This document shows positions 9,605-21,572 of a DNA stretch of 64,000 bases, one piece after another. The notes below the pieces were generated by a model. The model made no database searches. It was given only the letters and a program-made list of their open reading frames with translations, and was not told the DNA's origin. This stretch comes from an uncultured Solibacteraceae bacterium. GTDB taxonomy: Bacteria > Acidobacteriota > Terriglobia > Bryobacterales > Bryobacteraceae. The DNA lies in NCBI GenBank assembly GCA_964438005.1, contig CAYTJD010000067.1, positions 8,980 through 72,979 of the forward strand. Direction: 5' to 3'. Position 1 is the stretch's first letter, and each line of letters opens with the position of its first letter. The translations under genes were made by a program, and so were the position numbers.

Positions 9605-11212
9605 CTACCCAACCGCGACCTCTCCTCCCGCGCGCGGGTCGTTCTTCCGCATGACGAAGGCGAGCAAGAACATGATCGCGGCGCCAATCGCGAGCACCTT
9701 AAACGCGTCAAGATAGGAGAGCAGCAGCGACTGGCGTTGCAGCGATTCGTAGATCATCCCGTAGGCCTGATGCTGCGCATCGGCGGCGCTGGTCCCCGAG
9801 TGGATGAGCCGTTCACTGAGCGCCTTGGTCGAGTTCCTGAATACTGGATCGTAGTTCGTGGTGTAGGAAGCGAGCATCGCCTGGTGGAATTGGGAGCGGC
9901 GCGCGAGCAGCGTGGTTACCATGGACGTGCCTACGCTGCTGCCGATATTGCGCATGAAATTCAGCAGCCCCGCGGCATCATTGCTCTTCTCCGCCGGAAT
10001 ACCCACGTAACTGGCCAGAGTGATCGGAACGAACAGAAACGGCAGAGGAGCGGCCTGGCCCACGCGCAGCCACATTGCCACTCTGAAGCTGATATCCAGG
10101 TCGATGCGTTTGGTGGAATAGAGCATCGCGATTGCCATCGAAATCCAACCAAACGCGATCAGGTATTTGGCGGGAACCCTGGTGGTGAGCTGGCCTACGA
10201 TCGGCATGGCCACCAGCAGTACGATTCCGCTGGCCGAAAGCACCAGCCCGGCTAACTCAGCCGTATATCCCAACAACGTCTGCAGAAACTGAGGAATTAG
10301 AACCAGGCTGCTGAAATACACTACTCCGAGTGTGAACATCATCAGGTTCGCCATCGCGAAATTAGAGTTCTTGAACAGCCGAAGATCCATAATCGGAGTC
10401 CGGTGGCGCCACTCCCAAACAACCAGCGAAACGAGACAAATGGCCGAGACCACGGAAAGCGTGAGGATCAAGTGCGAACCGAACCAGTCGTCCTCCTGAC
10501 CCTTGTCCAGCAACACCTGGAGAGCGCCGATACCGAGAGCTAGAAAGGCAAGCCCGATATAATCCATGCGGACCCCGGCCCCCCTTCTGAGCCGCAGGTA
10601 CGGGGGGTCCTCCACAAAACGGGACACCAGAAGGACAGCCAAAAACCCAACCGGGAGATTGATGTAAAAGATCCAGCGCCAGGAGTAGTTATAGGTAATC
10701 CAGCCGCCAAGGGTTGGACCGATCGTCGGCGCGATGACGGCGGTTATTCCGTAAACCGAGAATGCCAGACCGCGTTTCTCGGGCGGAAAGGTGTCGGCGA
10801 GAATCGCCTGGGCCATCGGCTGGAGTCCCCCGCCGCCCGCTCCCTGAAGGGCTCGAAACAGGATCAGCACTCCCAGACTCAGGGAAGAGCCGCATAACAC
10901 GGAACTCAACGTGAAGAGAACGATACAGAGAGTGAAGAAACGTTTTCGGCCGAACCGCACCGCCAACCATCCGCTGATCGGGAGAACCACGGCGTTCGCG
11001 GCCAGGTACGAGGTGAGCACCCAGGTACTTTCGTCGTTGCTAGCCGCGAGCCCCCCTGCGATATACGGCAAGGCAACATTGGCGATGCTCGTGTCGAGGA
11101 CTTCCATGAAAGCGGCCATCGCGACGACCACAGCGATGAGCCAAGGGTTGAACTTCGGTATCCACCGTTCGGGGGCAGGCGGGGGGAGCGGGGCGCGGTG
11201 TCCGTCATCCAT
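9605..11212 (-). CDS. emrB: DHA2 (EmrB/QacA) family MFS drug efflux transporter
   Basis: 535 aa and highly hydrophobic. Motifs LDTSIANVALPYI and G.L.DRFGRK-like (WLAVRFGRKRFF). Follows the HlyD-family gene. Confidence 0.9.
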   Translation of the reverse strand: MDDGHRAPLPPPAPERWIPKFNPWLIAVVVAMAAFMEVLDTSIANVALPYIAGGLAASNDESTWVLTSYLAANAVVLPISGWLAVRFGRKRFFTLCIVLFTLSSVLCGSSLSLGVLILFRALQGAGGGGLQPMAQAILADTFPPEKRGLAFSVYGITAVIAPTIGPTLGGWITYNYSWRWIFYINLPVGFLAVLLVSRFVEDPPYLRLRRGAGVRMDYIGLAFLALGIGALQVLLDKGQEDDWFGSHLILTLSVVSAICLVSLVVWEWRHRTPIMDLRLFKNSNFAMANLMMFTLGVVYFSSLVLIPQFLQTLLGYTAELAGLVLSASGIVLLVAMPIVGQLTTRVPAKYLIAFGWISMAIAMLYSTKRIDLDISFRVAMWLRVGQAAPLPFLFVPITLASYVGIPAEKSNDAAGLLNFMRNIGSSVGTSMVTTLLARRSQFHQAMLASYTTNYDPVFRNSTKALSERLIHSGTSAADAQHQAYGMIYESLQRQSLLLSYLDAFKVLAIGAAIMFLLAFVMRKNDPRAGGEVAVG

Positions 11213-11230
11213 ATACAGCCTCTGGGACGG

Positions 11231-12532
11231 CTATTCGAGGTAGACCTTGGGATCGACCGACATGCCTGGCCGCAGGTGGAGATCCTGGTTCTCCCCAGGT
11301 TCAAGATCGATTCGGACGGGAACGCGCTGGACCACCTTGACGTAATTTCCAGTTGCATTTTCAGGCGGGAGCAGGCTGAATCGGGAACCGGTAGCGCCGC
11401 CGATTCCCGTGATCCGGCCTCGATAGGTCCGAGTATACGCGTCCACACTGAATTTCACGCGCTGGCCCGGCTGCATTCTGCGGAGCTGTGTCTCTTTGAA
11501 ATTGGCGATTACCCAAACGTCCTGGAGTTGAACCAAAGCCATGAGTTGCTGTCCGGCCGACACGTTCTGCCCGACCTCGACGGTTTTCTTGCCGATGATT
11601 CCGTCGACCGGCGCGAAGATTGTCGTATAGCTCAGGTTGAGCTTCGCCTGAGTGAGGGTGGCGCCCTGCTGCGCCACTTTGGCTTTCGACGACTCGGCCA
11701 GAGACTGGCTGACAGCGACCTGCTCCGGCGCAGTGAGGGCCGATTGGACCGCAGCCTCGGCCTGTTTGATCTTTGCCTGGGCCTGCTGGACGGCAGCACC
11801 GGCGGCGGCCACATTCTGCTGGGCGTCGCCCACCGATGCGATCCGAGCGGCCAAGGTGGCCTTGTTCGCGGCAGCCGTCTGTACCGCCGTGTCGTACTGC
11901 TGCCGCGAGATCTCATTCTTGTCAACCAACAATTTGTAGCGTGCCGCGTCATCCGCGGCTCTTTTGTAATTCGCCTCCGCCTCGTCGACTTGCGCCTCCG
12001 CGGACTTCAGGCGGGCCCCGGCCGCATCGAGTTGGCGTTGCGCGGCAATCAGCGCGGCCTGGTTGTCTGCAAGCCCGGATTGCGCCGATTGGAGCGTGCT
12101 CGTGGTAGTCATCGACGTGATGGGTACGTTGGTACGCGAACTCTTCAGTGCGGCTTCGGCATCGGCGACGTCCGCCTGGGCCCTTGCGACGGCGACCTCG
12201 TAGTCCCGGGGGTCAATGACGACCAGCGGCTCGCCGGCTCTGACGACCTGTTGGTCCTCGGCCAGGACCTGGCTCACGTAGCCGCTGATACGTGCGCTGA
12301 TCGCATGGATATGCCCATCAATTTGCGCATCATCGGTCGATTCATAGCTCTCCAGGTATTTCCACAGAAAATAACCGCCCACCGCTAATAGGAGGAGGAT
12401 GAGGGCCAGAAGAACGGCCCGGCGGCGCTTCGGTTTCCGGACGGCGCGCTTGGGCGGGCCTTCCGGATTCCCTTTCTCATGAGCGGCGCCTTCTTTCGCC
12501 GGTGATGAGGGCAATGTAGTGGTTTCCGCCAC
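11231..12532 (-). CDS. emrA: HlyD/EmrA family membrane-fusion (periplasmic adaptor) protein
   Basis: N-terminal TM anchor and a long Ala/Gln-rich coiled-coil hairpin. C-terminal beta-barrel region (GRITGIGGATGSRFSLLPPENATGNYVKVVQRVPVRI), typical of EmrA. Confidence 0.9.
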   Translation of the reverse strand: MAETTTLPSSPAKEGAAHEKGNPEGPPKRAVRKPKRRRAVLLALILLLLAVGGYFLWKYLESYESTDDAQIDGHIHAISARISGYVSQVLAEDQQVVRAGEPLVVIDPRDYEVAVARAQADVADAEAALKSSRTNVPITSMTTTSTLQSAQSGLADNQAALIAAQRQLDAAGARLKSAEAQVDEAEANYKRAADDAARYKLLVDKNEISRQQYDTAVQTAAANKATLAARIASVGDAQQNVAAAGAAVQQAQAKIKQAEAAVQSALTAPEQVAVSQSLAESSKAKVAQQGATLTQAKLNLSYTTIFAPVDGIIGKKTVEVGQNVSAGQQLMALVQLQDVWVIANFKETQLRRMQPGQRVKFSVDAYTRTYRGRITGIGGATGSRFSLLPPENATGNYVKVVQRVPVRIDLEPGENQDLHLRPGMSVDPKVYLE

Positions 12533-12534
12533 GG

Positions 12535-14022
12535 CTATTTTCCTTTGAAGTATTCCTTGAACCCAACTTCCGCCGCTCCGGTGGCACGGACCAAGCTCGC
12601 TTTCGCGAAATTGAAGTTGTACAAACTCCCAATGTATTGTTCGTGTGCGGTCGCAACCTGCTCCTGAGCCTGGACGACTTCGACGGTGTCGGTGACTCCG
12701 GCGGCGTAGCGATCGCGGGACTGTGTCAAGGTCTGTTCGGCGAGATCGATATTGCTGCGGGCGACTCTGACCTGGTCGGCCGAGGATTGCAAATTGAGCA
12801 GCGCCGCGCGAACGTCAGTGTCAATCTGTGCGCGCAGGCTGTCGAGTCTTTCGCGGCTTTGCTGCAGCCGGGCCTCGGCCTGCAACACATCGCCGCGAAC
12901 GCTTCCTCCCGTGAAAATCGGGATGTTGAGGGTGCCTCGCAAGTCATATACAGAAGTCGCCCGGGTGGGACGGGCGCCGGCGGCGCCGAAATCCGCGTCT
13001 AGGGAGAGCGACGGCAAATAACCCGCTTTCGCGGCATTCCGCGTCAATTCGGCGGCGCGTACCTCCCGGATGGCGGACTGGTAGTCGGACCGGGAATCGT
13101 AGGCGTGCTTCAGAGCTTCCTCGAGACTGATTTCTTCGAACGGCCGGTAAGGCGATTTGTCGGCGAGATCAAATTGCTGTCCAGGCGGCAGCCCGATGAC
13201 GCGGGCGATCGTCAGTTTCTGGATTGCGAAATTGTTTTTCGCCTGGATCAGCTGCTGTTGACGCGTCTGTAGTTCGACGTTGGCGCGCAGAGCCTCGATG
13301 GCCGCAGAGGTTCCGGCCTTAACTTGATCGGACGCCTGCTCGTACAGCGCTTGAGCCGTTTGCACCTGGGCTTCCGCGGTAGCAATGCGGGCCTCATCGG
13401 CGACGGCCTGCAGGTAGGTGTAACATACCGCCAAAATCACCAGATCGCGGGCATCCTTGTAGGTGAATTCCGCGGACTTCAGGCTTTGCGAAGCAGCTCG
13501 CGCTGCGTTGACAGACTTCCAATCGAACAGCGTTTGCGCCACGCCCAGGCGCGCATCGAAATAGGAGAACGGCCCCAGAGCCGCGGGAAGACTGAAGGCT
13601 GGAGAGGAAAAGGTAAAACCAAGTTCTTGAAGATTGATTTTGGAAACGTCAGCGTAGGGCGAGACGGTGGCATGCGGTAGTAGTGCGCTCAATTGCTGCA
13701 ATCGTTGCCCGCGCGCCGAGCGAATCTCCGCACCGGAAAGCAATAGGCCCAGGTTCTGACGCAGACCGCGGTCAACCGCATTTTGCAAAGAGATCGGGAT
13801 CACGCCTGGAATCAGCTGCGTCGGCACGCTGCTCCCGAAAGGGCTGGAACCTTGCGTCTCAGGGATGACCTCGCCAGGCGTACTCGGGGGCGCACCGCCG
13901 GGCGCAATGGTTGTGTATTGAGCAAACAAAAGCGCCGTGAGGGTGGTAACGCTTGCGAAGAAGAGCAGAAGCCGCCGCACTCCGCGGTGAAGCAGGAATT
14001 TCAACGCGCGCCGTGCTCTCAT
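12535..14022 (-). CDS. TolC-family outer-membrane efflux channel
   Basis: Two tandem OEP repeats with long helical segments. Internal ATG at 14022 is chosen (MRARRALKFLL...LLFAQ, signal-like); the ORF-track start is 14163. It is the first gene of the three-component efflux operon. Confidence 0.85.
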   Translation of the reverse strand: MRARRALKFLLHRGVRRLLLFFASVTTLTALLFAQYTTIAPGGAPPSTPGEVIPETQGSSPFGSSVPTQLIPGVIPISLQNAVDRGLRQNLGLLLSGAEIRSARGQRLQQLSALLPHATVSPYADVSKINLQELGFTFSSPAFSLPAALGPFSYFDARLGVAQTLFDWKSVNAARAASQSLKSAEFTYKDARDLVILAVCYTYLQAVADEARIATAEAQVQTAQALYEQASDQVKAGTSAAIEALRANVELQTRQQQLIQAKNNFAIQKLTIARVIGLPPGQQFDLADKSPYRPFEEISLEEALKHAYDSRSDYQSAIREVRAAELTRNAAKAGYLPSLSLDADFGAAGARPTRATSVYDLRGTLNIPIFTGGSVRGDVLQAEARLQQSRERLDSLRAQIDTDVRAALLNLQSSADQVRVARSNIDLAEQTLTQSRDRYAAGVTDTVEVVQAQEQVATAHEQYIGSLYNFNFAKASLVRATGAAEVGFKEYFKGK

Positions 14023-14261
14023 AAATCCAAGTGATCGCGGTTGAAGCCAGTCGTCACTGCGCGGAGCGAAACGTTTCTGTTGCCGAACGAACGCCACTTC
14101 TTCAAGACTCGCCTTCCGTGGAGGCGATCTAATTTTTGTGGTTCCGCAGGGGCGCTGGTGCAATTTCCCCGGGATTCGACTTTGGCGTACGATCCGTTAC
14201 ACAGAGCAGAAGAGAAAACGAAACGTAGTGCGGCGCCTGGCCAAAGCGGCTATATCCGGCT

Positions 14262-16100
<1,839 letters not shown>

Positions 16101-16194
16101 ACGATTATCCCATAACGCGATTTATGCCATAAACGATTGAAAAAAATGGCCGGCGGCAAGATCGCCGGCACTACAGGCTGCTACACTGGCGGTG

Positions 16195-16671
16195 ATGCCG
16201 CGGGTCATCGAAGGGCAGTTGAATGCGTCCGGACTGAAGGTTGCCGTGGTGGTCAGCCGCTTCAACAGCTTTATCACGGAACGGCTGCTGGCCGGGGCGT
16301 TGGATGCGCTGCACCGGCACGGCTGCGACGCGGAGGCCATTGACATAATTAAGGTTCCGGGCTCGTGGGAGGTGCCGCTCGCGGCCGGGGAACTGGCGCG
16401 CCAGCACCGCTACGACGCCGTTATCTGTCTCAGCGCGGTGATTCGGGGCGAGACCCCGCATTTCGATTATGTGGCAGGCGAGGCTGCCAAGGGAATTGCG
16501 CACGTGGCCGCGGAGACCGGGGTGCCGGTCGCATTCGGCGTGCTGACGACGAACACGCTCGAACAGGCGATCGACCGGGCCGGCGCCAAAGGCGGGAACA
16601 AAGGTTTCGATGCCGCGATGACGGCTATCGAGATGGCGAATCTTTTGCGACAACTCCGCCAGGGCCCCTAA
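16195..16671 (+). CDS. ribH: 6,7-dimethyl-8-ribityllumazine synthase
   Basis: [32 protein letters not shown]...VPGSWEVP...GETPHFDYV...VAFGVLT are canonical RibH motifs. The ORF-track GTG is at 16192, with an ATG at 16195. Confidence 0.93.
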   Translation: MPRVIEGQLNASGLKVAVVVSRFNSFITERLLAGALDALHRHGCDAEAIDIIKVPGSWEVPLAAGELARQHRYDAVICLSAVIRGETPHFDYVAGEAAKGIAHVAAETGVPVAFGVLTTNTLEQAIDRAGAKGGNKGFDAAMTAIEMANLLRQLRQGP

Positions 16672-17087
16672 TGTCTTCCCGCCGCAGGTCCCGTCAACGA
16701 GCTCTCCAGATCTTGTTTCTGTGGGACGCGCGGCGGCAGCCAGTCGACGAGGCGATCAGCGCGTTTTACGACACTTTATTTGCCGAGGAGCATCCGGAAC
16801 GGGACCCGTTTGTGAACCACCTGGTCCACGGAGCGGTGCAGCACTTGCCGGAGGTGGACGAGCGCATTCGGCGCCATGCGGAACACTGGCGGATGGAGCG
16901 CATGCCGGTGGTAGACCGCAATATCCTGCGGCTGGCGGTGTATGAAATGACCCACGAGGACACGCCCCCGGCGGTAGTGATCGACGAGGCGCTGGAGCTG
17001 GCCCGGAAGTTCGCTGGGGAAGAATCGGTTCAGTTTGTAAACGGGGTTTTGGACGCCATCCGGCGGGAATCGGCCGCGGCCCCCTGA
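16671..17087 (+). CDS. nusB: Transcription antitermination factor NusB
   Basis: The ATG overlaps the ribH stop (TAATG). [16 protein letters not shown]...VDRNILRLAVYEM...VVIDEALELARKF...FVNGVLD is a typical NusB sequence. This is the conserved ribH-nusB order. Confidence 0.9.
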   Translation: MSSRRRSRQRALQILFLWDARRQPVDEAISAFYDTLFAEEHPERDPFVNHLVHGAVQHLPEVDERIRRHAEHWRMERMPVVDRNILRLAVYEMTHEDTPPAVVIDEALELARKFAGEESVQFVNGVLDAIRRESAAAP

Positions 17088-17184
17088 TTTTGGGGTGATT
17101 TTGGGCCTGATTTTCGAAGCGCTTAGAGCCGTCGCTGCGTCGAACGAACAGGTGGGGTATACTCACCTAAGGAAGGTTTGTCGA

Positions 17185-18810
17185 ATGCCCCAAAAGAGGC
17201 GCTCGTTTTTGGTCTTTCCCCTCATCGTTTTAGTCTGCACGTTGCTGGGTGGATTTTATGGCCCGCGGATCCAGGTTGCGGCGGCGGCAACAGCGGCAGG
17301 CGACGATCTCCCTAAGGATGTTGAGAGTTTCACCAAGGCGTTTTCTCTGGTGGAACAGAACTTCGCGGAATCCGTCAGCGCCGACAAGGCGATTTACAAA
17401 GGCGCGATTCCGGGCATGCTGCGGACGCTCGACCCGCACTCGAATTTCTTCGACCCGAAGGAATACCAGGCGCTGCGCGACGACCAGCGGGGACACTATT
17501 ACGGCGTGGGGATGACGGTCGGGCCGCGGAACGGCAAAACGATGGTCATGGCGCCCTTCCCCGGGTCGCCGGCGTACAAAGCGGGGATCCGTCCGGGCGA
17601 CATCATCACGATGGTGAATGACAAGCCGACCGAAAACCTCAACACCACCGAAATCGCCGACCTGCTCAAAGGACCGCGCGGCACGCAGGTGAAGATTGTG
17701 ATCACGCGCGAGGGTTCCGAGCAGCCGATCACGTTTACGGTGACGCGCGACGAGATCAAGCGCAACAGCGTCAGCGAGGCCTTCTGGGTGAGACCGGGGA
17801 TCGCGTACGTGAAGGTCACCGCGTTCAACGAAACCACCAGCCACGAGTTGGAAGAGCAGTTCAAAAAGCTGGGCGAGAGCAATTTCAAGGGCCTGATTTT
17901 CGATCTGCGCGAGAATCCGGGCGGGCTGCTGAACGAAGGCGTCGCGGTGGCGGATCATTTCCTGGCCAAGGGCCAGACGATCGTTTCGCACCATGGGCGC
18001 GCGTCGGCGGAGAAGCCGTATGTGGCACGCAACGGGAACCGCGGCCGCGATTATCCAATCGTGGTGCTGGTCGACAAGTATTCGGCATCGGCGGCGGAGA
18101 TCGTATCGGGCGCCCTGCAGGATCACGACCGGGCTTGGATTCTCGGCGAGACCACGTTTGGCAAAGGCCTCGTGCAGACGGTTTACCCGCTCTCCGAAAA
18201 TACGGGACTGGCGCTGACCACGGCGCATTTCTATACGCCGAGCGGCCGCCTCATTCAGCGCGACTACAGCAATCAATCGTTCTACGACTATTACACGCAT
18301 AAAGACGGCGTCACGCGGAACCTGTCCGATGTGAAGATGACGGACTCGGGGCGCACAGTCTATGGCGGCGGCGGCATTACGCCGGATGAGAAGTACGAGC
18401 CGCCCAAGCTGACTCCTTTCGAGATTCAACTCGCGCGCAAGAGCGCATACTTCAACTTCACACGCAGCTATTTCGGCAAGCACGATACGCATCTGGCAAA
18501 AGACTGGATGCCGGACGACGCGCTGATGGTCGAATTCCACGATTACCTGCTGCACTCACCGGACGGCTACTCGTTCACCGAAGGCGAATTCGCGCAGGAG
18601 CACGACTGGATCAAGCGGTATCTGGCGCGGGAGATGTACATCACGGCGTTCAACATCGACGAGAGCGACAAGGTATTTGCGAAGACCGATCCGGAAGTGG
18701 AACGGGCGGTGGACGCGATGCCGAAGGCGCGCGCGCTGGTGGACACGGCGCGCAAGGTTCTGGTGCAGCGGATGACTTCGCAGCAGCAAGCGTCTCTGGC
18801 CAACCGGTAA
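17185..18810 (+). CDS. S41 family carboxyl-terminal processing protease with PDZ domain
   Basis: ATG at 17185 preceded by GGAAGG. Signal/anchor segment (SFLVFPLIVLVCTLLGG), PDZ domain (GSPAYKAGIRPGDIITMVND), and S41 catalytic regions (DLRENPGGLL, YSASAAEIVSGALQD, TFGKGLVQ). Confidence 0.9.
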   Translation: MPQKRRSFLVFPLIVLVCTLLGGFYGPRIQVAAAATAAGDDLPKDVESFTKAFSLVEQNFAESVSADKAIYKGAIPGMLRTLDPHSNFFDPKEYQALRDDQRGHYYGVGMTVGPRNGKTMVMAPFPGSPAYKAGIRPGDIITMVNDKPTENLNTTEIADLLKGPRGTQVKIVITREGSEQPITFTVTRDEIKRNSVSEAFWVRPGIAYVKVTAFNETTSHELEEQFKKLGESNFKGLIFDLRENPGGLLNEGVAVADHFLAKGQTIVSHHGRASAEKPYVARNGNRGRDYPIVVLVDKYSASAAEIVSGALQDHDRAWILGETTFGKGLVQTVYPLSENTGLALTTAHFYTPSGRLIQRDYSNQSFYDYYTHKDGVTRNLSDVKMTDSGRTVYGGGGITPDEKYEPPKLTPFEIQLARKSAYFNFTRSYFGKHDTHLAKDWMPDDALMVEFHDYLLHSPDGYSFTEGEFAQEHDWIKRYLAREMYITAFNIDESDKVFAKTDPEVERAVDAMPKARALVDTARKVLVQRMTSQQQASLANR

Positions 18811-18838
18811 CCGGCCCGCAAAGCGCAGGGTTTCGGCG

Positions 18839-19240
18839 TCAGCCTGGACTTTGAGGCCGACTGAGAACGTTTTCCACCATATGGAAAAGGGACTCCAGCC
18901 TGAAAGGCTTCCAGATAAAGCCGAAGTGACGGTAGTCGCCAACCAGCCGGGAAATCTCGGTTGGACTGAAGCCCGACATAAAGATGACTTTGGTATCGGG
19001 GTGTTGTTGAGATAGAATTCGGGCCAATTCGATTCCATTGGTGCCCGGCATCATAACGTCGATGAGGGCCACGTGAATGGCGGCGCCTTGGCTTCGACAT
19101 AGCGCGTCCTCAGCGCCATGTGCGTTGAGGACGCGATAGCCGCGGAACTTCAAGGCGTGCTCGCACATGGTCACGACCGACGGATCGTCGTCGACTACGA
19201 GGATAGTCTCGCCTTGGTAGTCGCCAGCCTGCAGCGTCAT
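18839..19240 (-). CDS. Stand-alone response-regulator receiver domain protein
   Basis: ETILVVDDDPSVV...ALIDVMMPGTNGIEL...KVIFMSG...KPF is a CheY-like receiver with no output domain. The start is uncertain. ATG candidates are at 19240 and 19339; the ORF-track start at 19558 adds low-GC3 sequence that looks non-coding. Confidence 0.75.
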   Translation of the reverse strand: MTLQAGDYQGETILVVDDDPSVVTMCEHALKFRGYRVLNAHGAEDALCRSQGAAIHVALIDVMMPGTNGIELARILSQQHPDTKVIFMSGFSPTEISRLVGDYRHFGFIWKPFRLESLFHMVENVLSRPQSPG

Positions 19241-19708
19241 GCAAGCCGCCAGACTTCGGTTGCCGAGCGCGATCCGGCCCCCTGATACACAAACCGCCGG
19301 AGCGTGGTGCTGCTCGGTCTGACGCGTCCACGCACGCATCGTGCTTTGCGGCCGGTCAGGTCCGGCGCCAGACGCGGTGAAGGGTTGCCCATGGTTATTC
19401 TCCAATGAGGATTCCAGTATCGCATCGAGCGAGTCGAAATCGGGGCATTGCCGAAATTCAAACGGTAGTGTCAGGAATCTCCCTACACCGACATGCCAAC
19501 ATTGGCGTTCCGGCGAGATCCGCTCCGCCGTTTTTCGAATTCGCGCAGCGCCAGCCATCAGATCAAGCTACCCGCTTGGGGGACTCCGGTTCAATACAAT
19601 TGTCCAGGCACGGCCAGGGCCGAGGTGATTCTTGTTGCTCTTTCTGTTGGACTGCCGGCGCAAGGGGAAAACGACCGGTCTGTCCCCAGGTTTTTCGGTT
19701 TTTGTATA

Positions 19709-20578
19709 ATGCCAGCCATGCGACGCAGAGATCTGTTGACTGCCGTAGCTGCCGCCGGCATCGCCGCGGCACAAGCTCCGGCCCCGGTCCGTCATAAAGG
19801 CCGCCTGAAACAATGCGCCATGCGGACCAACTTCGATCCCAAGATGGCGTTTGAGGACGTCTGCCGCGAGGCCGCCCGCCTCGGCTGCTGGGGCATGGAT
19901 TTGATCGGCGTTAACGATTGGCCGACTCTCAAGAAGTATGGTCTGATCCCCACGATGGGTCCGACCGGCGGTGTGAGCTTCGAGCAAGGGCTGCTTCACC
20001 CCGAGATTCACGATCAGCTGGAAAAATCCGTGAACGCGGCGCTCGATCAATGCGCGGCCGGCGGCTGTCCCAACATGATCACCGTCGGCGGGCAGCGCAA
20101 GGGCATGTCGTACGAGGAGGGCGCCGACCACTGCGCCGCCTTCTTCAATCGCGTTAAGGCTCACGCCGAAGACAAGGGCGTCACCATCTGCCTCGAGATC
20201 ATGAACAACAAGTTCACCGATCCGCTGCTCGGGCGCGTCGATCAGATCTGCAATCACGTCGACTGGGCGATTGACGTCATCAAGCGCGTGAACTCTCCGC
20301 GCGTGAAACTGCTGTTCGACATCTACCACGTGCAGATCATGGATGGCGACGTCTGCCACCGCATCAAGGACAATATCCAGTACATCGGCCACTTCCACAC
20401 CGGAGGCGTGCCCGGCCGCCACGAACTGGACGACACGCAAGAACTGAATTACAAGTTCATCGCGAAGACGATCGCGGACCTGGGATTCACCGGATACATT
20501 GCGCACGAATATCGTCCGTCGCCCGGCCACGATCCGATCGAAGACCTGGCGCAGGCGCTCTCGATTCTGGAAGTGTAA
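19709..20578 (+). CDS. Tat-exported xylose-isomerase-like TIM-barrel protein (hydroxypyruvate isomerase / sugar-phosphate isomerase-epimerase family)
   Basis: Twin-arginine signal MPAMRRRDLLTAVAAAGIAAAQA. TIM-barrel motifs (ICLEIMN, LLFDIYHVQIMDGD, IGHFHTGG, YIAHEY). Confidence 0.8.
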   Translation: MPAMRRRDLLTAVAAAGIAAAQAPAPVRHKGRLKQCAMRTNFDPKMAFEDVCREAARLGCWGMDLIGVNDWPTLKKYGLIPTMGPTGGVSFEQGLLHPEIHDQLEKSVNAALDQCAAGGCPNMITVGGQRKGMSYEEGADHCAAFFNRVKAHAEDKGVTICLEIMNNKFTDPLLGRVDQICNHVDWAIDVIKRVNSPRVKLLFDIYHVQIMDGDVCHRIKDNIQYIGHFHTGGVPGRHELDDTQELNYKFIAKTIADLGFTGYIAHEYRPSPGHDPIEDLAQALSILEV

Positions 20579-20639
20579 ACAAACTTACCCGAAACAGAGA
20601 TCGGCATAACCGTTTTAGGGGTCCGGGCGTCCAAGAGGA

Positions 20640-21281
20640 ATGCGCCTGGTCTTCGTTCTGCTCATAACGGTTTCGTGCTTTGGCCAATCATTCGACATCG
20701 GCGTGAAGGGTGGCGTACGCGCCACCGATGATCTCAGTTCCAACGGACTCTCGGCCACTTCGGAATCGAAGCGATTCGCAGTGGGCCCGATGGCAGAACT
20801 TGGACTTCCGCTCGGACTGGGGCTGGAAGTGAACGCGCTGTATCGCGCCGAGGGTTACCGGACGGCTTTCGGAAATTTCGCGGGCAGCTTCACCGCGCGC
20901 GAACGCGCCAACTCCTGGGAGTTTCCCATCCTGGTCAAGTACAAGCTGCCGGCGCCGGTCGTCAAGCCGTATGTCGAAGCCGGAATCGCGCCGCGCACTT
21001 TGTCGGGCTACGAAGATTTCAACTCCATCTCGATCAATCTGCAGACAGGCCAGCAGACTTTCTCTCGCGGGCGCATGAACACGAACTGGGATAACAGTGT
21101 GGGCGTGGTTGTTGGCGGGGGCATCCGGTTCGGCCTCGGCCGCATCGGCGTTGCGCCCGAGCTTCGGTACACGCGATGGACGAGCACCCCGATCAATGTC
21201 TCAGGCTCACAAGGTTACGGCTTCCAGTCCGCGCAGAATCAGATCGACATCCTCGTGGGTCTCACCTGGAAGGTTCGCTGA
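20640..21281 (+). CDS. Small outer-membrane beta-barrel protein (OmpA-barrel/OmpW-like)
   Basis: Signal peptide MRLVFVLLITVSCFGQ, alternating hydrophobic beta-strand pattern, and an aromatic-rich C-terminal strand (ILVGLTWKVR). Confidence 0.65.
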   Translation: MRLVFVLLITVSCFGQSFDIGVKGGVRATDDLSSNGLSATSESKRFAVGPMAELGLPLGLGLEVNALYRAEGYRTAFGNFAGSFTARERANSWEFPILVKYKLPAPVVKPYVEAGIAPRTLSGYEDFNSISINLQTGQQTFSRGRMNTNWDNSVGVVVGGGIRFGLGRIGVAPELRYTRWTSTPINVSGSQGYGFQSAQNQIDILVGLTWKVR

Positions 21282-21354
21282 ATCGCGCGGAACATGGCGT
21301 GCGAATGGATCCGGCACAGGCCTATATTTTCGGACTTGTCGGGAGATTTCGTGA

Positions 21355-21522
21355 GTCAACGGCCCCGGCGAACTCCTGTTTAACGGTCTGGCACCTGGGC
21401 TCCTCGGCGTGTGGCAAATCAACGCCCGAATCCCGCAAAACACCACTTCCGGTTTACAGGTACCACTGTCGCTGTACCACGCTGGCGGGTTGTCTCCTCC
21501 CCTCGATCGTATTAGCATCAAT
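21355..21522 (+). pseudogene. Remnant of a TIGR03437-type (Solibacter C-terminal domain) gene tail
   Basis: Start-less open frame reading VNGPGELLFNGLAPGLLGVWQINARIPQNTTSGLQVPLSLYHAGGLSPPLDRISIN. Over the conserved core it is roughly three-quarters identical at the nucleotide level, by eye, to the tail of the fragment at about 25090-25240. Confidence 0.35.
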
Positions 21523-21572
21523 CGAACGGCTCGTCCGCCCGCGCGGATAATTGAGCTGCCAGGAGGTCAACC

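Noticed and set aside
16101-16194. Possible FMN riboswitch upstream of ribH
   Set aside because: Only about 95 nt separate lepA and ribH, and they must also hold two divergent promoters. This is too short for an FMN aptamer plus expression platform, and I see no conserved FMN-element sequence.
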